Positions 13,195 through 26,439 of a DNA stretch of 64,000 nt are shown here, in pieces. The notes beneath the pieces were generated by a model. It was not told where the DNA came from. It ran no database searches and saw only the letters and a list, made by a program, of their open reading frames with translations. Both the position numbers and the translations under genes were made by a program. The stretch covers positions 155,682,001-155,746,000 of the forward strand of contig OZ024741.1 in assembly GCA_964016885.1 (NCBI GenBank), written 5' to 3'. Numbering within the stretch: position 1 is the first letter of the stretch; every line of letters begins with the position of its first letter. The DNA is from Eledone cirrhosa (Eukaryota).

Positions 13195-14149
13195 GTAAGT
13201 GAATTTCTAATATAGAATTCGGTTTAAGTGCATTTCGTATTAATCATTACTAAACATCTAATATGAGATATTGAACATTAGCTTAAAAAATTATCGTGTC
13301 GTCTTGAGTTTCTTACGAGCCTCTTTTTTATAAAAGGATGCCACAGAGTGTACGATAGATAATGATTACAATATTTTCGAGCAACAACTCTAGTTGCACA
13401 CTTTTGAAGGTTTATTATAACATTCTGTGGCTGTTTTGAGCTTGCGCATTTTTCAGGTCTAGTATATGTATGTGTATATACTCACGAAGGTGCGTGGAGT
13501 TATGGTTAAAGAGTTCGGCTCAAACTCGTTAGCTCGATCTCTGGTGGTGCGTTGTCTTTGAACAAGGCACTTTGTCGTACTTGAATTTAAAAATTCGCTT
13601 TCCTGGGCTGGTTTTAAACCTATATTTGTCCTTATACTATAGTTTTCCTCTCCAAAATTATACATACATTTAATCACGTATGTCACACGCTGAACATATA
13701 TGTAATGATAATCCTTCAAATAAAGTATTAGAATGTTTATATATTTAATCAACATAAACTATAGGATTTCATATATGGACACCATTAACCTATCAAAGCG
13801 TAAATTGCCCAGTTTCTATGATTGTTCATATACGCTGGCATATATGGCATACCAAATATTGGCTCCCAAATCTAAATACGATCAAGTCTGTTGCCGTCTT
13901 TATTGGCGGCACGAGTTCATTAATCTTTTTAGAATACGTAACCCAAATTTCAAGTTTGTTGTTGTTTTTCGAATCAGTGCAGTCATGATCCAGTTGATCC
14001 AATGACTGGTCAATGTATTACAGTACCACTGTATCTATTTGTAAGGGATGTTTAGCTACTCTACTATTGTTGTTACTTATTGTCTTCGTAAACCTTTATT
14101 GTCTTCGAAAACGGGACAATACTTTTAAGGGCATTCGGAAATAGAATAT

Positions 14150-14460
14150 GGGTGAATGGTTAATAAGTTCGCCTCGCAATCATTAGATACTGTGTTTGAT
14201 TCCAATGCGCACATTTTGGAATTGTATCATTTACCAGTTTATCCTTCTCTCTGGTAAATCCAATCCTTCTGGGTGAAATTAAGAACCCATCAGATAGACT
14301 CTACCTGCAATTAAAAAGGACGATTCCTGCATTTCCCCGAGAATTAATTATGAGTAAACGTGCCAAATGAATGTTCAGTCACTTGCACATTAATTTTATG
14401 AGCAAATCGTTCTGTCGATAGAACAAGTGTAACATTTGACGTCGAAACTGGTCTACAATT
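14150..14460 (+). mobile_element. Degenerate SINE, family B
   Basis: Similarity to 4545-4830 and 20048-20365. Confidence 0.45.
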
Positions 14461-14727
14461 TCATGTCATTTTTGAATACGTTGTACGTTGTTTACACATT
14501 TATTATATTGATGTTTTTGTATATTTCTTATAAAACGCCTGTCACGCTGAAAGGAGTTGGTACATGTGTCTGCGTGTGGGAGAGAGAGAGAGAGAGATAC
14601 AAACGGAAGGGGAATGGCAAGTCTCTCCATGTATGAAAGAAGAAAGACGAAACAAAGAGAGAAAGAGAGATAAAGAAAGAAAGGGAGAGAGTGAGAGAGC
14701 AATAAAGAAAGAAGAGAGAGATAGATG

Positions 14728-14732
<5 letters not shown>

Positions 14733-14812
<80 letters not shown>
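14733..14812. repeat. (AG)n microsatellite
   Basis: Perfect run. Confidence 0.98.
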
Positions 14813-14817
<5 letters not shown>

Positions 14818-16569
14818 AAGAAAGGCAGAGGGGGGATAGAGAGAGACAGAGTGGTTATAGTAACAAGGCCGACATTTGTTTTGTTTTAAATTCCGGACGT
14901 TTGTGTTATTAGTGTGCATGTTTATATAACCTTTAAATGTTATATTCAAAATGCTTAATCTTTAACGCTTAGTGGTTGTTTCTAATAACATCGTGGAATT
15001 CTCACGGGGTCAGCTTAAATTTTATGATTTCTACTTGTAGATGAATGTTTCCAATGTCTTTAAGAACGAACACCACAATCATCGTATAATGCCGTAACGC
15101 CCATATCCTCTTCTACAAGTCCAGTTCATTCTAAGTCCTCTCTTATAATTAAAAACAGCACTAATTTGTGTGCAAATCACTATAGAATTGTGTTGGCTTT
15201 TGCATAATTACATGAGCAAGTAGTTGGAAAAAACAAGATGGTATTTTGCGGAGATTTCAAGAAAATATTGTGTAATTAGTGAAATATAATTGATTGTAAT
15301 TTGCTGTTCGTGAGGAGCTTTTTTCTTTGTAAAGAGAGGATGTTTTATTTGTATCTAAAACTTTATTTTTTCTTTGAACTCAATTTGTTTCTATTTCTAT
15401 TAAATGGATGCTGAAGTCTGACATAATAATTTTGAATAACAAGCCATCTAAATCTAACACAACCAACACCATTACCACCAACACTACCACCACCACTATC
15501 ATCTTCGCTAATCCTAAGGATCGTTCCCTCCGACCGGATACTTTTTTATCTATGTATTTTTATCACCATTAAAAACCTTCAGAGAATGATTAACTAACAT
15601 GGTGTCCGCCTATCGTTTGTATCACCCACGACGTTTGTATGATATGCATGACGTAACTAAGAATTTTAATCATAGTGGATTATTAAAGTAAACAGTAGGA
15701 TGCCAAGAATTTAATTATCACGTGCATAGACATGAGTGATTAAAAACAGTCCAATTGTGGCATGAACGTTTTTGTGAGTAAAAATATAACGCTTCGCCAG
15801 CGAAGACTACCTGAGAGTTACAGGTGCATTATTACCTGTAAACAAAGCCGTTGAAATTATATATTTTACAAAATATTTCAAGAATGCATCATTTAACTCT
15901 TTCATTACCCTACATCTAAGGATGACATTGTTTATGGCTAAACATTAATTAACATTATCATTATTAAGTTGATGTTTAGAACATAACAAATGTTCTTACA
16001 TGAAATTACGAAAGGAAGTTTTTCGATAGGTATAAACACTTTATCACACTCGTCAGCATATTCTAATTGAAAGACACCACTTATAGTCAAATTATTTTGA
16101 AAATAATCAAGAATTTAAAAGCATTTAGTAATATAACTAACATTTTCGTTACTGAATTGATGTTTGAACCATAACTTAACAAAGATTCTTATATAAAATC
16201 ATGATGGAAAATATTTAAATAAATATAAACATGTTAGAACAAAAAGTTTTGTATAGTAAAACCAAGAACATTTTTTTAGTTGGTGTCAAAAGGGTCAAAG
16301 ATGTGGCGAAAGGTGAAGGTGGGCTTTTTGAAATGATTGAGCTTTCGTTTGGAGGAGCTGGGGAAATAAAGAGTTGCATAGTGTTGTGACGCTCATGAAA
16401 CCTTTCATGAAAGACAACACAAGTCGTCAGAACTGCCAAGGTGAGTGATTGCCCGTATAATCTTCTTATCATTTAGAAGTTAATTATTGAGTAAAGGCTA
16501 AACCCACTTACTAAGTCCGATTTAATTGATGTTGTTCGGAATGTGAACAAGCTTGTTTTCTCTGTAAAG

Positions 16570-16860
16570 CAATGGTTCCCAACTTAGTGTCCGCGATCCC
16601 CTGAGGCTCTTTAAAGGTAATAACAGGGGCCCCTTATCAGATTTTAAATATTTTAAAGGGCTGCATTGTAACATGTAAGGCTGTTTAAAATAAATTTTCA
16701 AAACTTCAAAGCCAATTCCCTATCTGCAGGATTATTTTTAAATATAAGACACATTTTTAAATCACGGGGCTAAGATCGATGATCTTTTATTTGGGTGGGA
16801 TCTGTAGGAAAATTCATTAAAAAAAGGTGTCCGTGAAAACGAAAACATTGGAATCTACTG
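16570..16860. mobile_element. Possible old hAT/Charlie-type MITE
   Basis: Degenerate termini CAATGGTTCCCAA / TTGGAATCTACTG with subterminal GTCCG motifs; no matching TSD. Confidence 0.35.
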
Positions 16861-17137
16861 AATGTTAATGGTAGGATCGATCCTACCATCTACTGAATGT
16901 TAATGGTAGGATCGATCCTACCAACACCTCCATCAAAGAAGTTATTTGAAGGAACGGAATATCAACAACCATCTATGCAAAGTAGAAATTTCTACCCAAC
17001 AATGGAATCTTTTCAGACTCCATTCATTCATAATTTTGAAATTTTATGTTGAATAATATTTATTTTCCGAAGATTGATTAAAATCGGATAAAATGAAAAT
17101 AAAATACTATATACATATTTATATATATTCACACACA

Positions 17138-17182
<45 letters not shown>

Positions 17183-17569
17183 CCGTCCATATGTATATAT
17201 GTACATATACACACTCACACACACATATATATATACATACATACACACACACACTCCCCCCCACACATATATATATATATACACACACACACACATATAT
17301 ATATTATTAGGTGGGAGCATGTTTCTTTGTCTTTGTGTGGTGAGATATCTCACAGGATTTTGATAAATTATGTATTATCATCATTAAACTAAGATTATTT
17401 CAATTAATTAGAAATAGGCTGTCGTGGTTAATTTAACTAATACATATAATTAATTTAATTACAACTGACCTGCCCACTTATTTGTTTCATGAAGAAATCT
17501 TTCAGTTAAATAATATAGTCACGTGCCTTCCTCATTAGAGCTTTTGATTCACGATTATAATGTCATTGT

Positions 17570-17900
17570 TTCCCACCACAGCATTAACATACACCACATC
17601 CACATCGCCATCACAACATCAACATCACCACACACTACCACCATATCATCACCACAACATCAATACCTTTACAGCAACACCACAGCGTGAACACCACCAC
17701 CACCACTACCGCACCCCCACACCATTTCTATTATTCCCCAACTACATCACCAACACCCCCCCATATCACCTCAACATCAATACTTTTACAGCAACACCGC
17801 AACGTGAACACCCCCACTACCTCACCGCCACGCTTTCTACCATTCCACCACGACATCAATAGCACATCACCACCACAACACCAACAGCATCAATTTCATC
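17570..17900. repeat. CAC/CAA-rich low-complexity tract with an internal repeat about 120 bp apart
   Basis: CAACATCAATAC.TTTACAGCAACACC.CA.CGTGAACACC occurs near 17655 and 17772. Confidence 0.7.
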
Positions 17901-18504
17901 AATCTCCGAGGGAATGCAAAGTTGCATCCAGACATAGAGAGCCTCTTTCTAAACAAAAACCAACAATTCCGGTTTACATTTTTTCACCTTAGCCAAACAT
18001 TTGATCTTTCCCCTGTAATTCTATTTCCATCCACTTCGTACATGTTCGTCAAACACATGAGTTTGATAAGAAGAATACTTTAGTTTTTATGAATTGCCAA
18101 ACTCGCAACAGTATGGAAATGGTCGTATTCATGTGTGAGCTACTCATTATTCTTTGTATCGTTATTATGCGTACTTTAGTAGGCAGAAGAGAATGTCGTT
18201 AAACCAAATATAACATGGAATAATGATTGGGAAGCCACTATTCTAATTACCCTCTTGGTATATCCAAAGATTTATTATTCCTCTGCAAGTATCTACGTAG
18301 TGTCAACCATTTAATTTCATCTCGGGATATATTGGAAAAATTTAAAGTGTTTGGCTAAAAATAACTATCAGGAAATAATATACAATTAAAAACGATTTAG
18401 CTACCAGGCGATAGAGTTATTAAAAAAAAGAAAAACAGGAAAGCAGGTCCATTAGCAAGAGGGAGCACAAAGAGATAATAAAGATATGTAATATTCCAAA
18501 CGTA

Positions 18505-19320
18505 CCGCCTTGCTTGTTTTCGTGTGGCCTCCAAACCCCACAGTGGTGCCTGGCTCCATGCCCTCCCCTCCTCCACTGGCACGCAGCTAGACAACCATAG
18601 CCTGCGCATCGGCGTTTCCCTGTGGCTCGGCCTCCGGATCTGCCAGCCACACCAATGTTGCTGCGATTCCACCGTTGAATCTTTCGGCCTCCACGCGCTT
18701 TCCTGTCACCACAGTGCCGGCCGCATTCAAACGCCATGCTGCCCTAAACCAGGTCATTCAGCTGCAGGCTTCCCTTCCCAGCTCGAGCCGGTGGGGCTGG
18801 ATCGAGAGGACGGCAAAAGGCCAGATGGCATGACCATCTTCCCGTTCCACGGTGGCAAACCCCTCGTCTGGGATGCCACTTGGACCGACACTTTCTGCAG
18901 CCGCAACCTGGTCCAGTCTGCGACTGACCCAGGTTCTGCTGCATGTCGGGCTGAGGGGGCCAAACTCCTCAAATACCGGTCGCTCTCTGACAGGTTTGCG
19001 GTCGTACCCCTGGCAGTGGAGACTTCTGGTGTCCTCGGCCCCTGGGCTACCTCCTTACTCACCACCATAGGCGCTGAGCTGACCAGCCGCAGGTGTGAGC
19101 CCCGCGAGTTGGAGTGGCTTTTCCAGCGCGTCTCCCTTGCCGTTCTCCGGGGAAACGCCTTCTCCATTCTGTTCGCCGGGGCTGTGGGTGGACCACATCG
19201 CGTACCGTTGTAGTTGTTGTAGAAGAAACAGGAAGACAACAACTGGAAAGTTTGATTTTCTACTTTATAATTTACTTTTATTATCTATTATTATGTATTA
19301 AACTTCAAATATAAAAATGA
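18505..19320 (+). mobile_element. 5'-truncated CRE-clade non-LTR element (Zn knuckle + restriction-like endonuclease, 3' UTR)
   Basis: ORF 18524-19213: SGAWLHALP..LD..R..LGL, C.C..GLHALSC, EP..DGKRPDG, WDAT, AE..K..KY, PLAVETSG, LFQRVSLAVLRGNA. GC-rich island. Confidence 0.85.
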
Positions 19321-19863
19321 ATTTTAGAGCAATTTTGGTGTTTTATCTACATTGGAAAGCCTTTCCTATCTTATACTAAATTATAATGGAAGTTTTTTTT
19401 CAAATATAAACATTTAAAAACAGGTTTGTATCCTGGATCCAAAGGTAGTTAGTTGAATCATTCAGCCAAAACGTAATTAGTCAAGGACGTGATAAAACTT
19501 GGGTAGAATGTAGTGATAAGCTATCACTACATTCACAATCAGGTCTCTCAATGTATCAGGCACTGGATAAGGTTAACAAAAACTCTGTTGGCTTCGAACA
19601 GGACATATATTCTTAACTTATATTTTATCTTATAGAATTGCTTCTATGTTCATGAAATATTACATTTTTCTAGCAGTTTAAGAGAGGGGACATTAACAAC
19701 AACAACCAAGATTGGAAGTACAATATTTTTTAAAGGATCTACCATCCCTAAATAAGGTCTTCCAATACATGAGGGTTCCGAAAAGATTCAACAAGAAACA
19801 TTTAACAGCCCCGTAGCTGTCCTTGTTTTTCAGCTTTTACATATTTTTGTTTCTTTTGCCGCT

Positions 19864-19896
<33 letters not shown>

Positions 19897-20047
19897 CTGT
19901 CTGTCCGTCTATCTATTTGTCTCTCTCTCTCTCTCTCTCCCACTCTTTCTCTCTCTCTCTCTCACTTTTTCTTTCACTCTCTCACTCTCTCTCTCATTTT
20001 CTGTGTATATAGGTTTTCCTTGCAGTGAAAATCAGTGGAGGTAAGAA

Positions 20048-20365
20048 AGGCGCGTGATTTATTCGTTAAGGTGTTCGGCTCACGGTTGCAACGTCGTAAG
20101 GTCCTTTCCAGGTGGTGCGTTGTGTCTTCTAGCAAAACATAATATTTCACATTACTCCTCTTTCACTTATCTGCAAAAAATTGTAGCTGTAATTCAAAGA
20201 GCCTATCATGTTACACACCGTGTTACGTTGAATCTCCACGATAACTACGATAAGAGTACATGTGTCTATAGAATGCTCAGCCACTTGCACGTTAATTTCA
20301 CTGGCTGGTTGTTCTGCTGACAAAATCAAGTGGAATGTTAGTCCTGAACAGATAAGGGTCCAACA
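20048..20365 (+). mobile_element. SINE, family B
   Basis: tRNA-like head plus GTAATTCAAAGAGCC and CACTTGCACGTTAATTTCA body. Confidence 0.55.
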
Positions 20366-20420
20366 CACACACACACGCATACACGCACACACACACTCTC
20401 TTTGTCTCTCACAGACACAC

Positions 20421-20488
<68 letters not shown>

Positions 20489-21864
20489 CACATACATTCA
20501 CACACACATACACAGAGGGAAAGAAGGTAGAAGAAGGCGATGTCAAACCGGAAATATGACGGAACAATTGGTAAATTCGTATTCCAATTACCCTGTTAGT
20601 CTATCCAAAGATTTATTATTTGTTTGTATATATGTACGTAGTGTCAAACATTTAAATTCACCTCGGTATATAGTGGAACTATATAGGTTGGCATCCACAT
20701 AAAGAGCTTATACAACAGCAACAACAATAATCTACATTTCACATCCAGGTTTTCCCCAACTACAGTCGAATTCTTAACATGACTTATGGCCACCAATAGC
20801 GTATCGATTGTGCTATTTCTACACAAGCTTTTGTGCTAACAACGGACAGCGACATAAGCAAATGCTGCTATGGAATAATGGAATAACAATATAACAGATT
20901 GTAGGAATTTCAGTTGAAAGCTCAATGGCGGAATTGAAGCAATACAAAGTAGAAACAACTTTTGAAATTTGACCTCAACCATTTCTCGTTGTTCACCCGG
21001 TGTTGTTTGTTCTGTATGTGTTAAATTTCCCTGTCATTGGTAGAGTCGTTAGACAGTCAGATGGAATGCTTTGCAATATTTGTTCTGGTTTTCAAATTCC
21101 GTCAAAGTAACCTTTGCATTTCATACTTTTGGGGGTCGATAAATATAGTACTAGTCCAGTAATGGGGTAGATATCTTCCGTTTATCTCTTTTTCACTCCA
21201 TATTTGTCTTTCTCTTAAAGATATTGGTTATGACAAGACCTGAAAATGGATGGGTTTCGCCAGGATTAAAATGACTAGCAGGAGTAACAGATCAAAGAGA
21301 GAAATAATTACGTGATCGTGAAGTGAATTTTATTCATGGAGTATTGAAGGGAATTAAGTGTTATTTGAAGAGTATTAATTAATCCGATGTTATCCGAGGG
21401 ATACGAATGTGAATTCAATATTATTCGAGGATTATTTCATTTCCTTTTTACTCAACCGTTCTGTTGTAAATATTCATCGTATATATCGGAAAGCAGGAAT
21501 AAACACCTATCGGTTTCATTGATGAATGAAGCCGAGGAAATGAACGAGTAATTGACTCAACAACTTTATTATCACCCTTGAGCTCACAAGATCTCATCAG
21601 AAAAAAGGTCTGCCATCTTATCTATTCACCTGATGAAAAGTAATCTCAAGTTAGACTCTAATAAAATGTATAACCACTACAGTGGCATGCTTCAAAACCA
21701 AGGGCACACATTAATAATACTTCTGCCCTGTTCATAACATAAGCCATCCTGTTTCCTTAGTATTTTCTAGGGAAACCCTCGATGCTACACACATACAGAC
21801 ACACACAAACACACAAAAACAAACACACGCACACACAACCACACACGCATAGACATACACACAC

Positions 21865-21920
<56 letters not shown>

Positions 21921-22134
21921 AGTATGTATACATACATACATATATGTATACAGACGTACAGTAGTATGTATATATATATATATACATACATGCACACATA
22001 TGTATATATATGTACGTATGGATTCACCGAACATTTATTATAATGCTCGGCGTGTTTGTAAACAAACATCCCGAATTAGGCCGTACAGTGTCTAGCAACC
22101 ATCGTTGCTCATTTGTTCAACACTGACAAAGGAA

Positions 22135-22176
22135 CGCTGTACTAGTTTCAAGCTTATTAGCTATCGTCAGCAACGT
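22135..22176 (-). ncRNA. Minimal type-I hammerhead ribozyme
   Basis: ACGTTG-CTGACGA-tAGCtaataaGCTt-GAAA-CTAG-TA-CAGCGT on the minus strand. Confidence 0.82.
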
Positions 22177-22521
22177 ATACCTTCCTGCCAGATCGTTGAA
22201 CATCTGAAAGTATATACTTTCCTTATGCATATTAACGGCTGAGCAGCCTAATTTGCATACATATATATATATGTGTGCATGTATGTATATATACATACTA
22301 CAGTACGTCTGTATACCTATATGTATGTACGTATACATACTTATATTTAAGTAACAGCCGTACTAAGAGTGAGAAATGAAATTTCGTTTCATTTTTTCAG
22401 TTTATCGTTTTCGGTACCCGGCCGATTAACTCACTCAATATGCAAATTAGGCTGCTCAGCCGTTAATATGCATAAGGAAAGTATATACGTTCAGACGTTC
22501 AACCATCTGGCAGGAAGGTAT

Positions 22522-22564
22522 ATGTTGCTGACGATAGCTAATAAGCTGGAAACTAGTACAGCAT
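22522..22564 (+). ncRNA. Minimal type-I hammerhead ribozyme
   Basis: ATGTTG-CTGACGA-TAGCtaataaGCTG-GAAA-CTAG-TA-CAGCAT; intact core, palindromic CTAG stem III. Confidence 0.85.
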
Positions 22565-22830
22565 TCTTTTGACAGTGTTGAACAAATGAGCAACGATGGT
22601 TGCTAGACACTGTACGGCTTAATTCGGGATGTTTGTTTACAAACACACCGAGCATTATAATAAATGTTCGGTGAATCCATACGTACATATATATATATGT
22701 CTGCATGTATGTATATATACATACTACTGTACGTCTGTATACATATATGTATGTACGTATACATACTTATATTTAAGTAACAGCCGTACTAAGAGTGAGA
22801 AATGAAATTTCGTTTCATTTTTTCCGTTAT

Positions 22831-22861
<31 letters not shown>

Positions 22862-22914
22862 CACATATATATTGAAATCGAAAGTTAGAAGCCTCTACGT
22901 TGTTTGACTATGAA

Positions 22915-23108
22915 AAATAATTGTTTCTACGTTAGGCACAAGGCCAGCAATTACCCAGTGTATTACTGGTACTTTATTTTATCGACCCCGTAAGGATGAA
23001 AAGCAAAGTTAACCTCGGCGGGATTTGAACTCAGAATGGCAAGGGCCGTAACTCTATGCGCCAAAGCATGGCATCCGACACTCTACCAATACTGCCAATC
23101 CACCGCCT
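22915..23108 (-). mobile_element. Full-length tRNA-derived SINE, family A
   Basis: A box TGGCAGTATTGG, B box GAGTTCAAATCC, core TTTCATCCTTACGGGGTCGATAAA, ATT tail, TSD TATG(A/G)AAAATAATT. Confidence 0.8.
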
Positions 23109-23898
23109 ATGGAAAATAATTTAATACGTTGAGTATATAAACTTTGGAGACGGTGTATTCAGCTGTAGGTTCGCGTCCCACGGGTGGCGCCTTACAACGT
23201 TAATGGTTCTAACTTTCTTATCCAAAACAAATTCAAAACTTCTTCGATGTTTTTAAAGATGGATTCTCTACATGCAGACACACATTCACATACCCATACT
23301 CTGGAATCAAAAGATCAACCTTTCACTGGAATCGAAAGACCCTCATGTGTGCCTCAGTATGTAAGCTCGACTCTGATTTTGTGCGAATTTCTCCAGTAGC
23401 TTGTACACACACACACACACACACACACATATGCGCGCGCACGCGCACGCGCACACACATATATATATATACATATATTTACATATATATACATAGGCCG
23501 GATTCATCAGAGTAGTTAATAAAGGTTAAACACAAATATAATGTCAACACTTTGTCACAACATTAGGAAGATACATAATATGGGAGGCTAGATAAGCAGA
23601 AGTATCAACATGCGGAAGGGGTATAAGGATAATAGAAGCCGATAAATGCAATAAAAAGGAGCAGATAAAACCATTGAAAATTTAAAAAGTTTAAAAAACA
23701 TTCTGTTACAGACAAACATTCTGTTACAGTGAAAAATCTATATCATAAGCAGTAAAGATAGTTAATGAAGTTAATAAGAGAAGGCATGCAACTCAATTTA
23801 AAACACATCTCCCCTCAAAATGTTTTTAAATGATGCATTAAAAAAAATATTTTTAATTATACATTTAAAAAATGTTCGACTACGTAATTCAGTCAGAA

Positions 23899-23960
23899 TC
23901 TATCTATACATATATATAAAACTGTAGTTGTCTGTATGTGTCCTCATTTTTGCAAAGTCT
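23899..23960 (+). mobile_element. Helitron-like 5' terminus fragment
   Basis: TCTAT...ATAAAACTGTAGTTGTCTGTATGTG matches the 5' end of the element at 39329-39927. Confidence 0.4.
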
Positions 23961-23984
23961 ATACAAATACACATTTTTAACAAT

Positions 23985-24896
23985 AACTGCAACTGTAAAA
24001 ATCGCAATTTTTACCCATTGAGTAACTGTCTAGATAAAAATATAATTTATGAATGAAAAGTAAAAACGAATAATAAGTTATATTGGTGCAAAACGAAAAA
24101 TAAGTTATATTGGTGCAACTTCCTCTAAATTTAACGAAAGCTGGTAAAACCATCGCCACTTATTTAAAGAAGATAAAAGATGTAGCACGGCCTTGTCGGA
24201 ACTGATTTGGTCACTTAAAAATAAAAATGTTGAATACTCCCTCCCTTGGCAAAAACTATCACACGCTCTTCCATACACAAATGCTTCTATATCTAAAGAG
24301 TGTGACCTCTGTACCATTGAATTCTCCATATCATAAACAATAGACATAAAATTATAAATAAACTCTCGGAAAATTTTAGTTCTCGTCTGCAAAATATCAG
24401 CAATACTTTTCATACAGTATTTAATTAAAAAGTAAATAAAATTAATAGACTACGAGATAAGTAATTCAAAATTTCTTTGATATATAGTTACATTACAACT
24501 TCAGCATAAATATGAATAAATATCTAAAATTTGAAATAGTATCTAAGTGAATTAAATCTAGCGGATTAAATCAAACAGATAATACATGATTTCCTTTGAA
24601 CTAATTGACTAATTCAGTAACCTGATACCGAAGCCAGTTCAAAAACAGCAACGTCAACTGTAAGATATATCTCTCGCTCATATAATATATACCTTGAGAA
24701 GTCTTTCCAGGCATATGTTGGCCAGTCGCCGAAGTAAATAACTCGTGTGACTGCTAGCATATCAACTGATATTTACATCTCCTGTAGATTTTATCGAAAG
24801 AGAACATGTTGACTGATGTTATACAAAAGCCATACATCTTCGAAATACGTATAATGAAATAAATAGGCATGGACTAACATAGCCGTCTTACTTGTT

Positions 24897-24900
<4 letters not shown>
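23985..24900 (+). mobile_element. Decayed Naiad-type PLE (GIY-YIG and 3' region), not visible as one ORF
   Basis: Plus-strand translation across frameshifts: CNCKNR..NCLDKNIIYE*KV..SYIGATSSKF..NHRHLFK..STALSELIWSLKNKNVEYSLPW..PYTN..CDLC..E, aligning with ORF 57546-57989. Degenerate HHR CTGATG...GAAA-TACGTA-TA at 24813-24853. Confidence 0.75.
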
Positions 24901-24981
<81 letters not shown>

Positions 24982-25021
24982 ATACAACGACGATTTAAAG
25001 CCTTCATTACGCTTATTGATT

Positions 25022-25106
25022 GGTGACGCGCGTTTCGCTATTGATCAGCTCAAGGTTCGATCTGTATCGATCTGGCCCGATTATGGAATCAAAAGCTCGT
25101 CGGACC
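25022..25106 (-). ncRNA. Type-I hammerhead motif with extended stem II
   Basis: GGT-CCGACGA-GCTtTTGAT...ATCAAtAGC-GAAA-CGCGCG-TC-ACC on the minus strand, in a roughly 220-bp island between microsatellites. Confidence 0.65.
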
Positions 25107-25196
25107 TCTATTTAGCTCTACACCTTGCCACTGACGCGAACCTAAACATCGAGTGTTCACCTGAGTGAACCTACACAGTATCTTCACGTTACACCC

Positions 25197-25240
<44 letters not shown>

Positions 25241-25243
25241 TTC

Positions 25244-25307
<64 letters not shown>

Positions 25308-25599
25308 GGGAGCGTAACATGCTGTTACCGTAGGTTCACACACTCATACATATATATATAAATGTAAGCATGCATACGTAAAATTGTGTGTACATATACT
25401 TAGAAAAGTACCTACGTACATAATATATATATATATATATATATCAGTTAAAACAATTAAATAAAATACCTCTGTGTATATACATATATATATATATACT
25501 TATATGTGAGTATGTGTACATATATTTACGTAAGTTCATACTTAAATAGATATACACGTATATATGAAATATAGATATAACTAAATGCATACATAAATA

Positions 25600-25835
25600 G
25601 AGATACACATACACGTGTAGATATGAAATTTGGAGAATAATAGACTACCGTACACATCAAATTCAATGCTGAAGAGAATGCCGTCACATAAACGATAATA
25701 TTATGTTAGTGGGATGTATTTAAAATATTAAGACTAGAAGAGAATAAAAGAAATTTACTTCGACTATGTGATAATAAATAGCAACTAGTCATATCTGTCA
25801 ATGATATGAGAACCAATACTTGATATCTATATCAT
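25600..25835 (+). repeat. Third copy of the block at 50330-50610 and 53545-53850
   Basis: GGAGAATAATAGACTACCGTA...GAGAATGCCGTCAC.TAAACGATAATATT...CTGTCAATGATAT. Confidence 0.8.
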
Positions 25836-25843
25836 GTATATAA

Positions 25844-25922
<79 letters not shown>

Positions 25923-25969
25923 TGTGTGCACGTGTGGTGTGTGTATATATATAGGGTGTATCAGTGTAA

Positions 25970-25999
<30 letters not shown>

Positions 26000-26001
<2 letters not shown>

Positions 26002-26404
26002 CGAAGGAAAAGTGGTAAGGAACCAGGTGGACCATAACGCACCAAAGCACTCAATACTTAGGGTAGTAGAGTGGGTAATAGGAGTAAGTAAGACCCCGAC
26101 GGCTGAGCTCAAGCCGTTTCGACGGCTAATTCTGTACTGAATGAAAAATCAGTTCTGGTATTTAAATAGCCGAACTTGTCAAGGGGCAATTCTACTGGCA
26201 GGTTTGGCTACCTCCCCCACCAACTTACCATCGCAGAATTACTACTACCTTGTGGGATGACCAATCCTGGTGATTATCTCTTTGACCATATATGGAATTG
26301 CCCCTTGACAAGTTCGGCTATTTAAATACCAGAACTGATTTTTCATTCAGTACAGAATTAGCCGTCGAAACGGCTTGAGCTCAGCCGTCGGGGTCTTACT
26401 TACA

Positions 26405-26406
<2 letters not shown>
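26000..26406. mobile_element. Family X element with near-perfect inverted arms
   Basis: 26084-26190 is the reverse complement of 26295-26402; (AT)n flanks. Confidence 0.82.

Positions 26407-26439
<33 letters not shown>

Larger units (their letters stand above)
21915..22828 (+). mobile_element. Retrozyme-like non-coding element: inverted arm plus about 1.3 tandem copies of a 425-bp unit
   Basis: 21915-22258 is the reverse complement of 22440-22772; 22260-22400 is directly repeated at 22686-22825. Each orientation carries one HHR. Confidence 0.82.

Noticed and set aside
22915-23108. tRNA genes at A/B-box motifs
   Set aside because: No cloverleaf; these are SINE heads with tails and TSDs.
24105-24413. 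102-aa minus-strand ORF as a host exon
   Set aside because: It is the antisense of the decayed GIY-YIG domain on the plus strand.
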